From the human T2T-CHM13v2.0 reference genome, Homo sapiens: a stretch of 64,000 bases of DNA. This document shows, piece after piece, positions 1-13,123 of the stretch; within the stretch, counting starts at the first letter, position 1; each line of letters starts with the position of its first letter. The notes under the pieces were generated by a model. That model did not search any database and had not been told where the DNA came from. It saw nothing but the letters and a program-made list of their open reading frames with translations. The stretch lies in NCBI RefSeq assembly GCF_009914755.1, contig NC_060944.1. One strand, written 5' to 3'. The translations under genes and the position numbers were made by a program.

Positions 1-1439
1 CATGACTGCTCAGAATCGGGAATGTGCTTATGTGTTTTGAAGGAGATTGTGAGCCTCAATAGTCTCCAAACACAAGGATCCAGATAATTGTTTTCCCCTT
101 GGAGTACATTGAGGGACAACGATTTTAGAGAACATGCCTTGGGTGGAAAAATATGCATGTATTTCCAAACCACTGTGCAAATGTATTTTTAAGGATGGGA
201 GTTCCGTTTTACTTTGATTTTCACATGTTTACTTTGTCGTGGTCATTGTTACATTTAAAGCTGAGTTCCCACAAAAATATTGGTGGGCTCTGGCAGTTGC
301 ATTGGCTCCGTGGGTCATAGAGTGTACCCATGATGGTTAGGTTGGCAGGTCTTTGGAAGTTTGAATGATGGTTCCAGGCATGGATCCGAAATTCTGAATA
401 TGAAGAAACCCTTAGTTGAAAAAATCGACTCTTTCACTTAAGAACAGTCCCTTTGGAAGTTTTCATTAAATTACTTGTTTCAGATTTTGAGTATATATAC
501 TGTGTTATTTTTCAGATATTATTTTTAGGCTTTTGAACAGAGAGAAAAATAAAACAGAGACTATTTTACCTATAACCATGTGTGACTTTTAAAGCAACAG
601 TTATATCTCCAGAGAGATTTCAGAAGGTGGCAATAACATGTTTGCCATGCTATAGTGTAGTGTACTAAGCAAGTCATAGTTGATGTTGGTGTGCACTGCT
701 ATCAAAGGATATGACATAGTTTAGATACTTGCCTGTAATAAGTGTACCTTGCCTTGCAGACAATATTGTCATCAATTTAGGAAACATGCTTCAGTGAAGA
801 TTAATTTGGAATAACCTATAAGCAAAATGACTGTGTGGTTTATGAAAAAATATGAAAAAACTAAAAAACAAAATAAATAGCATGCATCTGTTGACTGTTT
901 GCTCTAGCTCACGTGATCTCCTCGGCTTTGATACCATCGCCTCACACATTTAGTTAGGTAAACATGATTCGCAGAGGGCTGAACGCATCTCCGGAACCAG
1001 ACATTTGGCATTAAAAACCAAAGATCATGTAATTACTAAAGTGATCGGATCAGGCTCTGATTTCATTTTTAAGTGCTTGCTTATTGTTTCTTAATAGTTT
1101 CATTGGATATTTCATAAACATTTACTCTTAATAGGTTGGTCTATATCCGGAGAGCACTTGTGGGCAGTACTGTTCAGTGAACCTCTGCTTCTCTCCTGCA
1201 CAGTGTCTTAAGTTGGCCCCAGGAGCAGTGTCTGAAATAGAGATAGACAGTCTGATGCCTGGGATTGCCTGGGGAAGGGCTCTCAGGAGAGCAGCGTTTG
1301 GGAGGAGGTGAAGCTGGCTGAGAAAAGGGAAGGAGCCAAGCAAGGGTGTGGTTTCAGGTGCCCTCCAAGAGAAAGAATGAGGCAGGCTAAAGGGATGAAG
1401 GGAAAAAATCTAGGGGGAGGAATTTTAGATTCAGGTCTT

Positions 1440-1660
1440 TCTGAGGGGTGAGATCCAGGCAGGATCCAGATGATGTGAATATATGTGGGCAGAAAGTACC
1501 CCAGGCAGAGGGAACAGCATGTGCAAAGACCCTGAGGTGAGCACCTGTTTGGCGTGTTCAAGGACCAGCAAGGAGACCACTAGGGCTGAAATAGAAAGAA
1601 CCAGAGAAGAGTGGAGGAAAATGCAGCAGGACCTGGTGAGTTGCGGCAGAAAGGAGAATT
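1440..1660 (-). mobile_element. L2 LINE fragment
   Basis: ccaggcagagggaacagcatgtgcaaagaccctgagg is the reverse complement of the L2 3' region motif; ends approximate. Confidence 0.7.
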
Positions 1661-2154
1661 CTACCCTGATTCATTGAGGGGCACACAATTTCCAGTGTGA
1701 CCTTCAACTTCTCCACATGCCCATCTTGTCGTCTATAAAATAAGATAAAGAGCTGGATGTTCTCCCAAGTCACACTAGCCCTAAAGTTCTGTGATTCTAA
1801 AATGAATAAGACTTACTTCCTCACCTGTCAAATGAAGACGAGTTGCTCTTAAACCTGAAGACAATTAATAGACAATGTGAAATTTCCCAGAACAAGAGCC
1901 CATGACATTGTTGTGGAAGGGGGAATTGTTGTTTAAAAGCTTAGTGCCATTTAGGAAGCAAACTGAGGAGCTCAGTGTCCCAGAAACCAACCTAATGGTG
2001 CAAGGCAAATCATGGGCATCATTTTCTTCCTGCCTTTGAATTTGAGCTTTGAGTGGTAGCATAAATGGAGGTTCACACCAAATTGTTTGGTTTTAAGATG
2101 ATATGGTAGCAGAATGATATGAAAAGGCAGATATATCAAGAACATTCAGGACCT

Positions 2155-3060
2155 TCTTTGTTGAGATGTAATTCACACACCATAAAGCTTACCCTTTTAA
2201 AGTGTAAAATTCAGTGGTTTTTAGTATATTCACAAATTGTGGGATTGTCACAATGATCTAATTCTGAAACACTGTCATCATCCCCAAAAGAAACCCCTTA
2301 CCCATTAGCAATCATTCCTTATTGTGCTCCCCCGCTAGGCCCCAGAAACCAGTAATCTGCATGTCCTATTCTGAACATTTCATATAAATGGAACCATAAA
2401 ATCTATGGCTTTTGTGTCTAGCTTCTTAGTTGCTTAGCATAACTTTTAAAAGGCATATCCATCTATTAACATGTGTCAGTACTTGATTCCATTTTTACTG
2501 ATGAATAGTAATTTCATTGTATGGATTTACCACATTTTGTTTACCTATTTCTCAGCTGATGGCATTTGGGTTTTTTCTGTGTTTCTGTGCTATGGATAAT
2601 GTTGCTATAGACATTCATGTGCAGGCATTTGTGTGGACATTGTTTTCAATTTTTCCATGTGCTTACAGGACATTTGTATATCTTTGAAAAAAATTTCAAA
2701 TATCTTGCCAATTTTTAAATTGCATTTTTTAATTATTGAGTTGTAAGTGTTCTGTAGATGCCAGTCCTTTATCAAATATATAATTTGCAAATATTTTCTC
2801 CCATCTCTGGTTATCTTTTCAGATCCATCTATTTATCTATTCTGTTTTATTTTGTTGCTTCTGCTTTAGCTGTTGCATTTAAGAAACTATTACCCAATCC
2901 AAGGTCATGAAGATTGACACCTATGTATTCTTCTAACAATTTTATACATTTAGGTCTTCTAATTAGGTGTTTTATTCAATTTTAATTAATTTTTATATGT
3001 CATGTGAAGTAAGAATCCAACTTCATTATTTTGCATGTGACTATCTAGTTGTCCCAGCAC
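2155..3060 (-). mobile_element. Old L1 (L1MB-like) 3' end
   Basis: ttgagatgtaattcacacaccataaa...ttcagtggtttttagtatattcac L1M 3'UTR signature running into the ORF2 end (tctagttgtcccagcac). Confidence 0.85.
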
Positions 3061-4158
3061 AATTTTTATTTATATCAACTAATATATTTTATTTAAAAAT
3101 TTATTTTTGGAGCCTGTAAATGGATAAATTCTAAAATTACAGCAATACAGAGTATTTAACAATATTTAAATATTTCTTCTTACTCAGCCTTTGCTTGCGT
3201 TTTGCGTTTTGCTTTCCATAAACAAATATGCTGGATGAAAGCAGCAATATGCCTATCTTTAAGTTCAATGCATGAGTTCCTTGAAAGCCATTTCAATTTG
3301 GAGTTTAATAATTACTGAACTTCACGTTATTCTGTCACAGATGATAATCAAGTGGCCTACCTAAGTAGTATAAATCATAAAACTATAATATTATAAGCTA
3401 AGTCAATGGAATTTATAAAGTCAATGTAAAACAAAAACTATACTGATACACATGTGTATTGGGCCCTATTAGAAAAATGGCAAAATCACAAGTTTTGTTT
3501 AAAAAATGAGGTCCTTGGGCAAAGAGGAATGAGGAGTCATTATCATCAAAAATTAAGAAGATTGTAGGTAAAAAGAAGTCAGCCTACAATTTTAATTAAG
3601 TAAAGGAGGAAGGGATAGTACATCATGACAGTTGATAACAGTTGAGGAAAATTCCATTACCATTCTATCACAAACCGGTTGACTACCTCAAAAGCTCAGA
3701 ATTAGGCACTTCAGGCATTCTGTTACTCTCCCACTAAGTCTCTTTACGTGGGACATAAACCTGCACATATGACAACAACAGAATATTATAATGCTCTGTA
3801 ATCTGACAGCAAATAATAGAAAAAAATTAATGGAACCACATTATCTCACTACCCTTGAAAATAGGGGCTAAAATGAGTCACTAAGAAACAGTTTTCAAAG
3901 AGCACTGCATTACCTAATGTGATTAATACGACAAACAAAATTCAGCATTTTTCAATGGAAAAGGCCATATACTGTATTTGAAAATTAGGAATGCTTTTGA
4001 TGCTGATTTTTATCAAAGTGGTACTCTAAGCCATTGAGTTGGAACAAACTCTAAACTCAAAATTAGTTGTGTCCTTCTATTTAATAAACCGATAGATGAC
4101 AAAAAAGGCAAATGAAGAAAACAGCATCGTGTATCACAGCAGCTTTGTTTGTGCTATA
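3061..4158 (-). other. ~1.1-kb non-L1 insertion, possible retrocopied mRNA 3'UTR
   Basis: Non-repeat-looking sequence interrupting L1; three minus-strand AATAAA (plus tttatt at 3065, 3088, 3100) at its left end; no ORF, no clear TSD. Confidence 0.4.
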
Positions 4159-4159
4159 G

Positions 4160-7100
4160 TTCTTGCTGTTTTGTAATGTAAGTACAATTCTTGTACTTCT
4201 TTGTTAAATTTATATCCATGTATTTATTTTTGATGCTATTATAAATAAATTTTTTAAAATTTTCATTTTCATATTGTTTATTGCAGTGAATGGAAATACA
4301 ATTTATTTTTCTATGTTAATTTTGTATCTTGCAATCTTGCTGACTCATTTATTAGCTCATAATATTTTTGTAGTGTATTCTGCTGTTGTTGAGTAGTGTT
4401 CTCTCTATATAGGTACATCTATTAAATCTATATGGTTTATAGTGTTCAAATTTTCTATTTCTCTATGAATCTTTTGCCTAGTTGTTATATCACTATTGAA
4501 ATGGGATGTTGAAGTCTTAAGTTTTTATTTTTGAATTGTCCATTTTTCTTCAATTCTTTCAGTTTGGGGTTTTATTGTTAGGTTGATCTATCTTTATAAT
4601 TGACAGATCTTCTTGAATGAGCCTTTATGATTATAAAATCTGTTCATGTATTTTTACTAACAATTTTTGTCTAAAGGTCTATTTCACTTGATATTAATAT
4701 TGCCATTCTTACTCTCTTATGGTTATATCTTTTTCCAGTCTTTTACTTTCAACTTGTGTGTCTTTCAACCTACAGTTTCAATCTACAATTTCTGTTAGCA
4801 TTTTGTTGGATCATTTCTTAATCCATTTTTTCAACCTCTGCCTTTTGATTGGTTGTTAATTCAGTCACATTTAATGCTATAATTGCTATAGTTGGGTTTA
4901 TGTCTGCCATTTTACTTTTTGTTTTCTATATGTCTCATGTCTTTTTTTCTATTTTTAAAATAAGTATATATTTTTTTGTGTTAAATATTTTCAGTGTATC
5001 ATTTGTATTTCTTTTACTATATTATTTTGAGTTATTTTCTTAGTGGTTTCCCTGGGGATTGAAATTATTATCTTAAAACAATCTTGTCCAAATTAATATC
5101 AATTTAACTTCAATAGTATACAAACATTTTGCTCTTATATAACCCATTCCCTCTCCTTTATGCTATTACTGTCATACAAATTACATCTTTATACATTGTA
5201 TATATCCCTCAACATAGATTTAAAATTATTGTTTAATGTAGTTGCCTTTTAAATAAGATAGGAATTGAAGGTGTTACAGAAAAAACATACATCTCAACTA
5301 CTTTTTATATTTGCCTATGTAGTTACTTTGTATTTTGTTTATTCATGTGGATTTGAGTTACTGCCTAGTGTCTTTTTATTATAGCCTTAAGAATTCTCTT
5401 TAGTATTTCTTGTAGGACTAGAAGCAAATTGTTTATCTAAAAATGTCTTAACCTTAACTTTTGAAAGGTAGTTTTCCTAGAAATAGAATTCTTAGTTGAC
5501 AGTTTCTTTCTTTCTTTCAGCACTTTGTTTTTTTTTGTCTTTTTTTTTTTTTTTTTTTTCTGATACAGAGTCTAACTTTGTTGCCCAGGCTGGAGTGCAG
5601 TGGTGCAATCTCGGCTCACGGCAACCTCTGCCTCCCAGGTTCAAGCAATTCTCCCACTCAGCCTCCCGAGTAGCTGGTATTACTGGTGTGCGCCACCACG
5701 CCCGGCTAATTTTTGTATTTTCAGTAGAGACAGGGTTTCACCCTGTTGGCCAGGCTGGTCTCGAATGCCTGACCTCAATTGATCCACCCACCTCAGCCTC
5801 TCAAAGTGCTGGGATTAGAGATATGAACCACTGCACCTGGCCTTCTTTCAGCACTTTGAATGTGTCATTACATTCTCTTCCAGCCTCCATAGTTTAGGAG
5901 AGGAAATCTGTGGATAATCTCATGAAAATCCCTTGTGTATGATGAGTAGCTTCTCTTGTTGTGCTTCCAGAAGTCTCTTTGTCTTCTGATTTTGAGAGTT
6001 TGATTATGATGTGTCTAGGGATGGATCTCTCTGAGATTATTATATTTGGTGTTCACTGAGTTTCTTGGTAATGTAGATTAATATTTTTCTTTAAATTTTG
6101 AAAAATTTTGGCCATTTTAAAAAAATGTCTTTTTAAAAATCTTTCTTTCCTTCTTCATCTTCTGGGACTTTCATGATGAGTATTTGGTATGCCTCATGGT
6201 GTCCCACAGATTTTTGAGGCTGTGTTCATTTTTCTTAATTCTTTTTTCTTCTCTTCCTCTAACTGGCTAATCTCAATTGACCTATCTTCAAATATGTTGA
6301 TTTCTTTTCTTCTGCCAGGTTAAAATTGCTGTTGAGCCCCTTTAGTAAATTTTTAAATTTTAGCTATTTTTTTACTCCAGAGTTTTTATTTTGCACTTTA
6401 AAAATATTTCCATCTCTTTATTAATATTTTCTTTTTCATGAGACATCATTGTTATACTGTAGTTCATTACACAATGTTTTCTTTAGTTCTTTGAATGTCT
6501 TTCAAATATCTGAATTTAAGTATTTGTCTAATGAGCCCAGTATTAAATACCTGGAACCAGGAAGTTTCCCAGCCCTTCGTGAAGAATCTTTGTGTGTATT
6601 GGTACATGCTGGTGCCTTAGCCTTCATTTCCTACTTGTACAGAGCCTCGAGGTCATCCAAACATGATATCTCAGGGCCTTCTCAGGTTTTCCCAATGTGG
6701 GTGTTCAGCCCTAAGCTGTACATGGCCTTCTAGATTCACGAGTATATGTAAGAGCTTTTCAAAGTCCCCTAGAAGCAACTCATGACTTGGCTTTTTTGTT
6801 ACCCTGTTGTTTGCCCCAGCTCTTCTCTTCTCATTCCCTCATGCAGTTGCAGTATTTTCAACACTCGCCACTGATTGTTTTTGACAAATGCCCCCAAAGA
6901 AAAGGCTTTTTGCACTGGTGGATGTATGGGAAAGGTAGAACAATGATGAATCTGTGATTGTGCTTTACCAGGAAGCTTCCAGACAGATCAAATAAAGACA
7001 GTTTTCTCAGAATGAAGCGTTACAGTAGGCTTTCACCCATTCTACTTCCTCCAGTGCCTGGGAGGATGCTGGTTTTCACTATTAGTGGGAAATTATTGAT

Positions 7101-7340
7101 TTTCAAGGCTACTGCAGGGTTGGAAAGAAGGGAATGGGAATAAGACAAGGTAAAACACCTTATAACTTACTGTTTTTATTAAGATTCAGCTACTTTTCTT
7201 GAATATATTTTCCTCAAATTGAAGCAAGCATTTGGTTAATTTTCACAGTCCTGAAAATGTTGATTTTGACCATTTTTGCCAGTGTTGTTCTTACTTTAAT
7301 TGAGGAAAGAATTTTCTATGCTTCTTAATTTGCCATTCCT
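4160..7340 (-). mobile_element. Fragmented old L1M (continuation of the 2155-3060 element), interrupted by an Alu
   Basis: L1-like motifs, e.g. ttgttaaatttat..., ctatgttaattttgtatcttgcaatcttgctg, gagtttgattatgatgtgtctagg. Confidence 0.75.
5528..5842 (-). mobile_element. AluS
   Basis: Full dimer with polyT; perfect 16-bp TSD ttctttcagcactttg at 5512-5527 and 5843-5858. Confidence 0.95.
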
Positions 7341-8929
7341 GCTGATATCTCTCTATAACATATTTTTTAAGAAGCATGTTGCCACACAATTATCTTTTAT
7401 CCAAAGATTTTTCGTTAGTGGGGAGGTTAATTGTAGCAATGGGTGAAGCAGAGCCAAGCAGCTCATTGGTGGAGGTCACTCAGGATCAATGAGAGAAGAA
7501 AGCATATAGTTAGTGTGCACACTCACCACGCAGAAAACCCAAATCATTCGGGAAAAGAAATAAGTGAAATTTTTTTAAGTAATTGGAAGTTTCTCATCTT
7601 GAAAGGAAAGGGGATAATAATGCCCATCATATGAATGGCTGGCAATTTATAGGAATAATATGGAATATGGATAGCACTTTGGGCCATGAATTGTCAGTAA
7701 GTGCTAGTATTTATCTTATAAATGGAAAGAATAAATAAGCAAGTCAATAGAAAGAAATGACAACAAAACGTTTTTTTATATTTGTGGTTATATAGCTATG
7801 AATGTATACTTTAGGCTCTGGGAAGAAAGTCACCTAATATTGTGGAGCCTATTGCCTCTTGAGATGGGTTGGCGGTCAGTGTTCTGAATAAGTTATTCCA
7901 CCCAGCACGAGATTCTGGTAGCGCTGAGCTCGCCAAGTTCTTTGCATAAACATCAGTTAAAGACGGCCAATGTGCTGCCAATAGACAAATCAGAGTGAAC
8001 ATCTTTTTGTGGCTGGCAGGAGTATGAGTGGTGGGAAAAAGAATATATTGGGAGTTCCTGGTGAGTGAGGAGGATGAAGTGAGAGGCAATACACAGTTAG
8101 CAGGGAAGAAACATTCATAGAGTGGGAGGATGGGTGTTGACTGCCATCTTGGTTCAATGGGAAGCTGAGCTTTTAGAGTGGATCAAGCTGAAAGTACTGG
8201 TTTTGCCACATGGTCTGTGTTGATTACTTGATCTTTAATTGCTCAGATCTTCTAAATTATATCAAAGATTTTAAAAAATATAATTAACAACCTGGACCAA
8301 TTTTATCAATTTGGTGAAATTAGAGGTGTTGTTGATGTTCTTTTGCCCTAAAATATTCTAATCTGGTTGCTTTTCATGCATTTAAAGAAAAATTAAAAAA
8401 TACTTGGTTGATATATTTCTTATTCCTACATGTCATTCTGAGTAACCATGGATAAGTGTCTGTTAATTTAGCACTTAAGATGGAGGCATGGTGATTTATC
8501 TAAATGAAAAATTGTTTGCTTACATAATTAAAATGCAAACAGGAACACTCATATTCTAATTACCTTTCAGAGACCATTTGGGGGAATATTTATGATAACT
8601 AACTTGCTTTCCGTTGGCTCTTTAAACACCTTTTAATAAACCACAAAATAGTAGATTCTAAGAGTATCTTTCAAATGACATAAAATGTGTTTATAAAGAG
8701 TAAACTCTGTTTCCCCCCAGACTTTTACTATCTTAGTCTTCAGAGGAATCCCAGTTTCATAGCTTTTCGGGCATTTTTCTTTTTAACCAATGTATTAAAC
8801 AGTTTGTTTTACACACACACACCACAAACACTGCCTTTTACTGACATACTGCACTCATTGAAAAAAAAGTATATATGTGTATGAATGTATATACCTTCAT
8901 TATATGTAAGAAAGAATGTAATCATACAT

Positions 8930-9503
8930 TAGCAGTCTCCTCAAAGCCCTCTGGTGTCTTCCAACCTTAGACTAAAGGCCGGTGTCTTTAAAAAGCTTAC
9001 AAGGCCTTACAAGATCTGTATGTCCACCCCATCTTGCCTCACCCACTGTGACCCCTAGTTCACCATTTTTAGACATGGTGGACTCTTTACTGTTCCTGGA
9101 CATACCAGGCATATTCCTGCCTTAAGGTCTGTGCATTTGCTATTCCCTCTGACTGAGACAATCTTGCCCTATATATTCATATGGCACCTTTTCTCTTCTT
9201 TTTTGGGTCTTTGCTCAAATGCCACTGATCACTGAAGCTTCCCCTGCTCATTCCTTTTATTATTAAGTAGCAATCTTACTCCCGCTTTCAGTTTCCCTGT
9301 CTCCTTTCCCTACTCTGCTTTTCATGGAAGCATTTACTGCCATTTGTTACGCTATGCAGTTTACCCTCTTATCAGCTTCTCCAACAAGAGTGCCTGCTCC
9401 TTACAGCAGCTGGATCTTTTTAGTTCTTTTCTGTGTCATTAGCAGCCCGAACAGTGCCTGCTACACAATAGATGTATAGTAAATACTTGACAAATGAGTG
9501 AAT
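8930..9503 (+). mobile_element. L2 3' fragment
   Basis: gcatttgctattccctctg motif; ends in an L2-type tail (aaatgagtgaatg). Confidence 0.75.
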
Positions 9504-9621
9504 GGCAGTCTCAAGTTTTCATATTTAAATCCCAGAGGTTGGAATATGATGAGGAATTGTACCTATAAATTACTGTAGAAAGATGAATATTAGTTCAGTG
9601 GTATTTTGATCAATAGAAAAG

Positions 9622-9692
9622 GCCATCTGTGGTGAAGTTAAATTGTGAACTGCTGCTAGATTAGAAAACAAAACCTAGGACATTTGTGTTAT
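9622..9692 (+). repeat. 71-bp dispersed direct repeat, copy A
   Basis: Ungapped 58/71 match to 10630-10700 (hand count). Confidence 0.9.
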
Positions 9693-9859
9693 GTGTAGGT
9701 CTTGAGCCCATACTTCAACCTTCCTGCTCTCATGGCTTTTGATAACTCTTTTGCCTTTCCCAGAAACGTGGGTTTGGGAAGTTGCTATGTCCTGGAAATC
9801 ACAAAGTATATATTTATCTTGTAACACTGCCTTCTTGGTGTTGCATAAATGCTAGAAGC

Positions 9860-10210
9860 ACCATCCCTCTCATGAAGACTTTCACCTTTGATGCCTACTG
9901 CCTAGAATGCTTCTGACTGGGTCTTCACTTGGCTCATTCCCACCCTCCAGGTATCGGCTCACCGGCTGCCCTTGCAGACTTCTCCAACTGTCCAATGCGT
10001 CCCTCCGTTTTTCAGTACCTTATCACCATGTGTATTTTACTTTGAGCATTCATCTCTAATATATGGTTTGCAATCACTTTAATTACTTATTTGTATCCAT
10101 GTTTGTTGTCTGTTTTCACAGAGTAGAATGTCAACTCATGAGATGAGAGATCTTGTTTCAGTGCCTGGCCTACAGCATTAGCTCAATAAATATTTATTGA
10201 ATCATTGAAT
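9860..10210 (+). mobile_element. L2 3' fragment
   Basis: Ends cagtgcctggcctacagc...tcaataaatatttattgaatcattgaatg. Confidence 0.75.
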
Positions 10211-10629
10211 GCATCCAGACTTTCAGAAATGATTCCTGGTTATAACTCAGGATTACAAATGACTTTGCTTCTTGTAAATGACTATTAATTTTGACATTTA
10301 TACCTAGAATATGGTGGAATTGTGGGGTCTCTATTATAAGTCTACGTGTACATTTTAAGTACCCTTTTCTTTATATATTTCCTGATTGTAGATATTACAT
10401 GTTCTAGTTGTAAAAACAAAACAAGGCTGCAGAAATTTATAATGTGTAAAATAAAGAACTGTTTATTGCCAACTCTCCCAGATTAAAATGAGATTCTTTT
10501 GATAAACTAATTGTACCTTGTTTTCTTCAAACTTAAAATATGCAATGGAACTCTTTTCATTTTGACATTTTGTGATAAACTTTATTCTTTTTAAGAACAT
10601 TGTACTGTGTGGAATATACTATATATTTA

Positions 10630-10700
10630 GCCATCTGTGGTGAGGCTAAATTGTAAACTGCTGCTAGACTATAATATGAAATTGAGGATGTTTGTGTTAT
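10630..10700 (+). repeat. 71-bp dispersed direct repeat, copy B (within an L1ME-like fragment ~10370-10840)
   Basis: Matches 9622-9692. Confidence 0.9.
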
Positions 10701-10848
10701 TTAAATTCATTTAAACAATTTCATATTAGTGGGCATTCATCTTGTTGCCAGTGGGTTTTTGGGTCAGTGTAAAAAGTTGCAGTAAATTTACTTCTACATC
10801 TGTGTATTTTTCTGTAGGAAAAATTCAGAAAAGTACACTTTTGTGTAC

Positions 10849-13123
10849 TGTATTAGTCTGTTTTCATGCTGCTGATGAAGACATACCTGAGACTGGGCAA
10901 TTTACAAAGGAAAGAAATTTAATGGAGAAATCACAGTTCTATGTGGCTAGGAAAGTCTCACAATCATGGCAGAAGGTGAAAAAGGCACATCTCACATGGC
11001 AGCAGACAAGAGAAGAGAGCTTGTGCAGGAAACCCCCCCTCTTATAATAACCATCAGATCTCGTGGGACTTGCTATCATGAAAACAGCAAGGGAAAGACC
11101 TGCCGCCATGATTCAGTTACCTCCCACTGAGTCCTTCCCACAAGACTGGGAATTCAAGATGAGCTTTGGGTGGGGACACAGCCAAACCATATTATTCCAC
11201 CCCTGGCCTCTCTCAAATCTCATGTCCTCACATTTCAAAACCAATTATGTCTTCCTAGCAGTACCGCAAAGTCTTAACTCATTTCAGCATTAACTCAAAA
11301 GTCCACAGTCCAAAGTCTTATCTGAGACAAAGCAAGTTCCTTGTGCCTATGAGCCTGTAAAATCAAAAGCAAGTTAGTTACTTCCTAGATACAGTGGGGG
11401 TACAAGCATTGGATGAACACAGCCATTCCAAATAGGAGATATTGGCCAAAACAAAGGGACTACAGGCCTCATGCAAGTCTAAAATCCAGTGGATTAGTAA
11501 AATCCTAAAGCTCCAAAATGATATCCTTTGACTCCATGTCTCACATTCAGGTCACACTGATGCAAAAGGTGGGTTCCCATGGTCTTGGGAAGCTCCACTC
11601 CTGTGGCTTTTCAGTGTACAGCCCCTCCCTCACAGCTGCTTTCACAGGCTGGTGTTGACTGCCTATGGCTTTTCCAGGTGCACATTGCAAGCTGTCAGTG
11701 GATCTACCAGTCTGAGTTGTGGAGGACAATGGCCCTCTTTTCACAGCTCTACTAGGCAGTGCCCCAGTAGGGATTCTGTGTGGGGGTTCTGACCCCACAT
11801 TTCCCTTCTGCATTTCTCTAGCAGAAGTTCTCCACAAGGGCCCCACCCCTGCAGCAAACTTCTGCCTGGGCATCCAGGTGTTTTCATATAGCCTCTGAAA
11901 TCTAGGCAGAGGTTCCCAAACCCCAATTCTTGACTTCTGTGCACTCACAGGCTCAACACCAGGTGGAAGCTGCCAAGGCTTGGGACTTGCACCCTCTGAA
12001 GCCTTGGCCCAAGCTCTACATTGGCCCCTTTCAGGCATAGCTGGAGTGACTGGGACACAGGGCACCAAGTCCCTAGGATGCACACAGCATGGGGAACCTG
12101 GGCCTGGCCCACAAACCATTTTCTCCTAGGCCTCTGGGCCTGTGATGGGAGGGGCTACTGTGAAGGCCTCTGGCATGCCCTGGAGACATTTTCCCCATTG
12201 TCCATTGTCTTGGGGATTAACATTCAGCTTCTAGTTACTTATGCAAATTTCTGTAGCTGGCTTGAATTTCTCCTCAGAAAATGGGTTTTCCTTTTCTATC
12301 ACGTTATCAGGCTGCAAATTTTCCATACCATTTTGCTTTGCTTTCCTTATAAAACCGAATGCCTTTAGCAGCACCGGTCACATCTTGAATGCTTTGCTGC
12401 TTAGAAATTTCTTCCACCAGATACACTAAATGACCTCTCTCAAGTTCAAAGTTCCACAAATCTCTAGGGCGGTGGCAAAATGCCACCAGGCTCTTTGCTA
12501 AAACATAATGAGAGTCACCTTTGCTTCAGTTCCCAATAAGTTCTTCATCTCCATCTGAGACCACCTCACCCTGGACCTTATTGTTCATATCATTATCAGG
12601 CTTTTGGTCAAAACCATTCAACAAGTCTATAAGAGCTTCCAAACTTTCCCACATTTTCCTGTCTTCTTCTGAGCCCTGAAAACTGTTCCAATCTCTGCCT
12701 GTTACTCAGTTCCAAAGTTGCTTCCATATTTTTGGGTATCCTTTCAGCAATGCCCCACTCTACTGATACCTATTTACCATATTAGTCTGTTTTCATGCTG
12801 CTGATAAAGGCATACCTGAGACTGGGCAATTTACAAAGGAAAGAGGTTTAATGGAGAAATCACAGTCCCATGTGGCTGGAGAAGCCTCAGTCATGGCAGA
12901 AGGTGAAAGGCACATCTCACATGGCGGCAGACAAGAGAAAAGAGCTTGTGCAGGAAAACTCCCCTTTATAATAACCATTAGATTTTGTGAGACTTACTCA
13001 CTATCACAAGAACAACACAGGAAAGACATGCTCCCATGATTCAATTACCTCCCACTGGGTCCCTCCCACAACACGTGGGAATTCAAGATGAGATGTGGGT
13101 GAGGGCACAGCCAAACCAAATAA
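10849..13123 (-). mobile_element. Full-length THE1 (ERVL-MaLR): LTR 10849-11194, internal 11195-12777, LTR 12778-13123
   Basis: Two similar ~345-bp LTRs (tattagtctgttttcatgctgctgat...gccaaacca); THE1-int sequence between them; 5-bp TSD TGTAC at 10844-10848 and 13124-13128. Confidence 0.95.

Noticed and set aside
1-880. AT-rich start with AATAAA motifs as the 3'UTR of an upstream gene
   Set aside because: AATAAA is expected by chance at this composition; no upstream exon is visible in the window.
5496-5897. 133-aa ORF (and similar ORFs at 27868, 29506, 42088, 54123)
   Set aside because: Alu-derived open frames.
11547-12119. 190-aa ORF
   Set aside because: Lies wholly within THE1 internal sequence; not a host gene.
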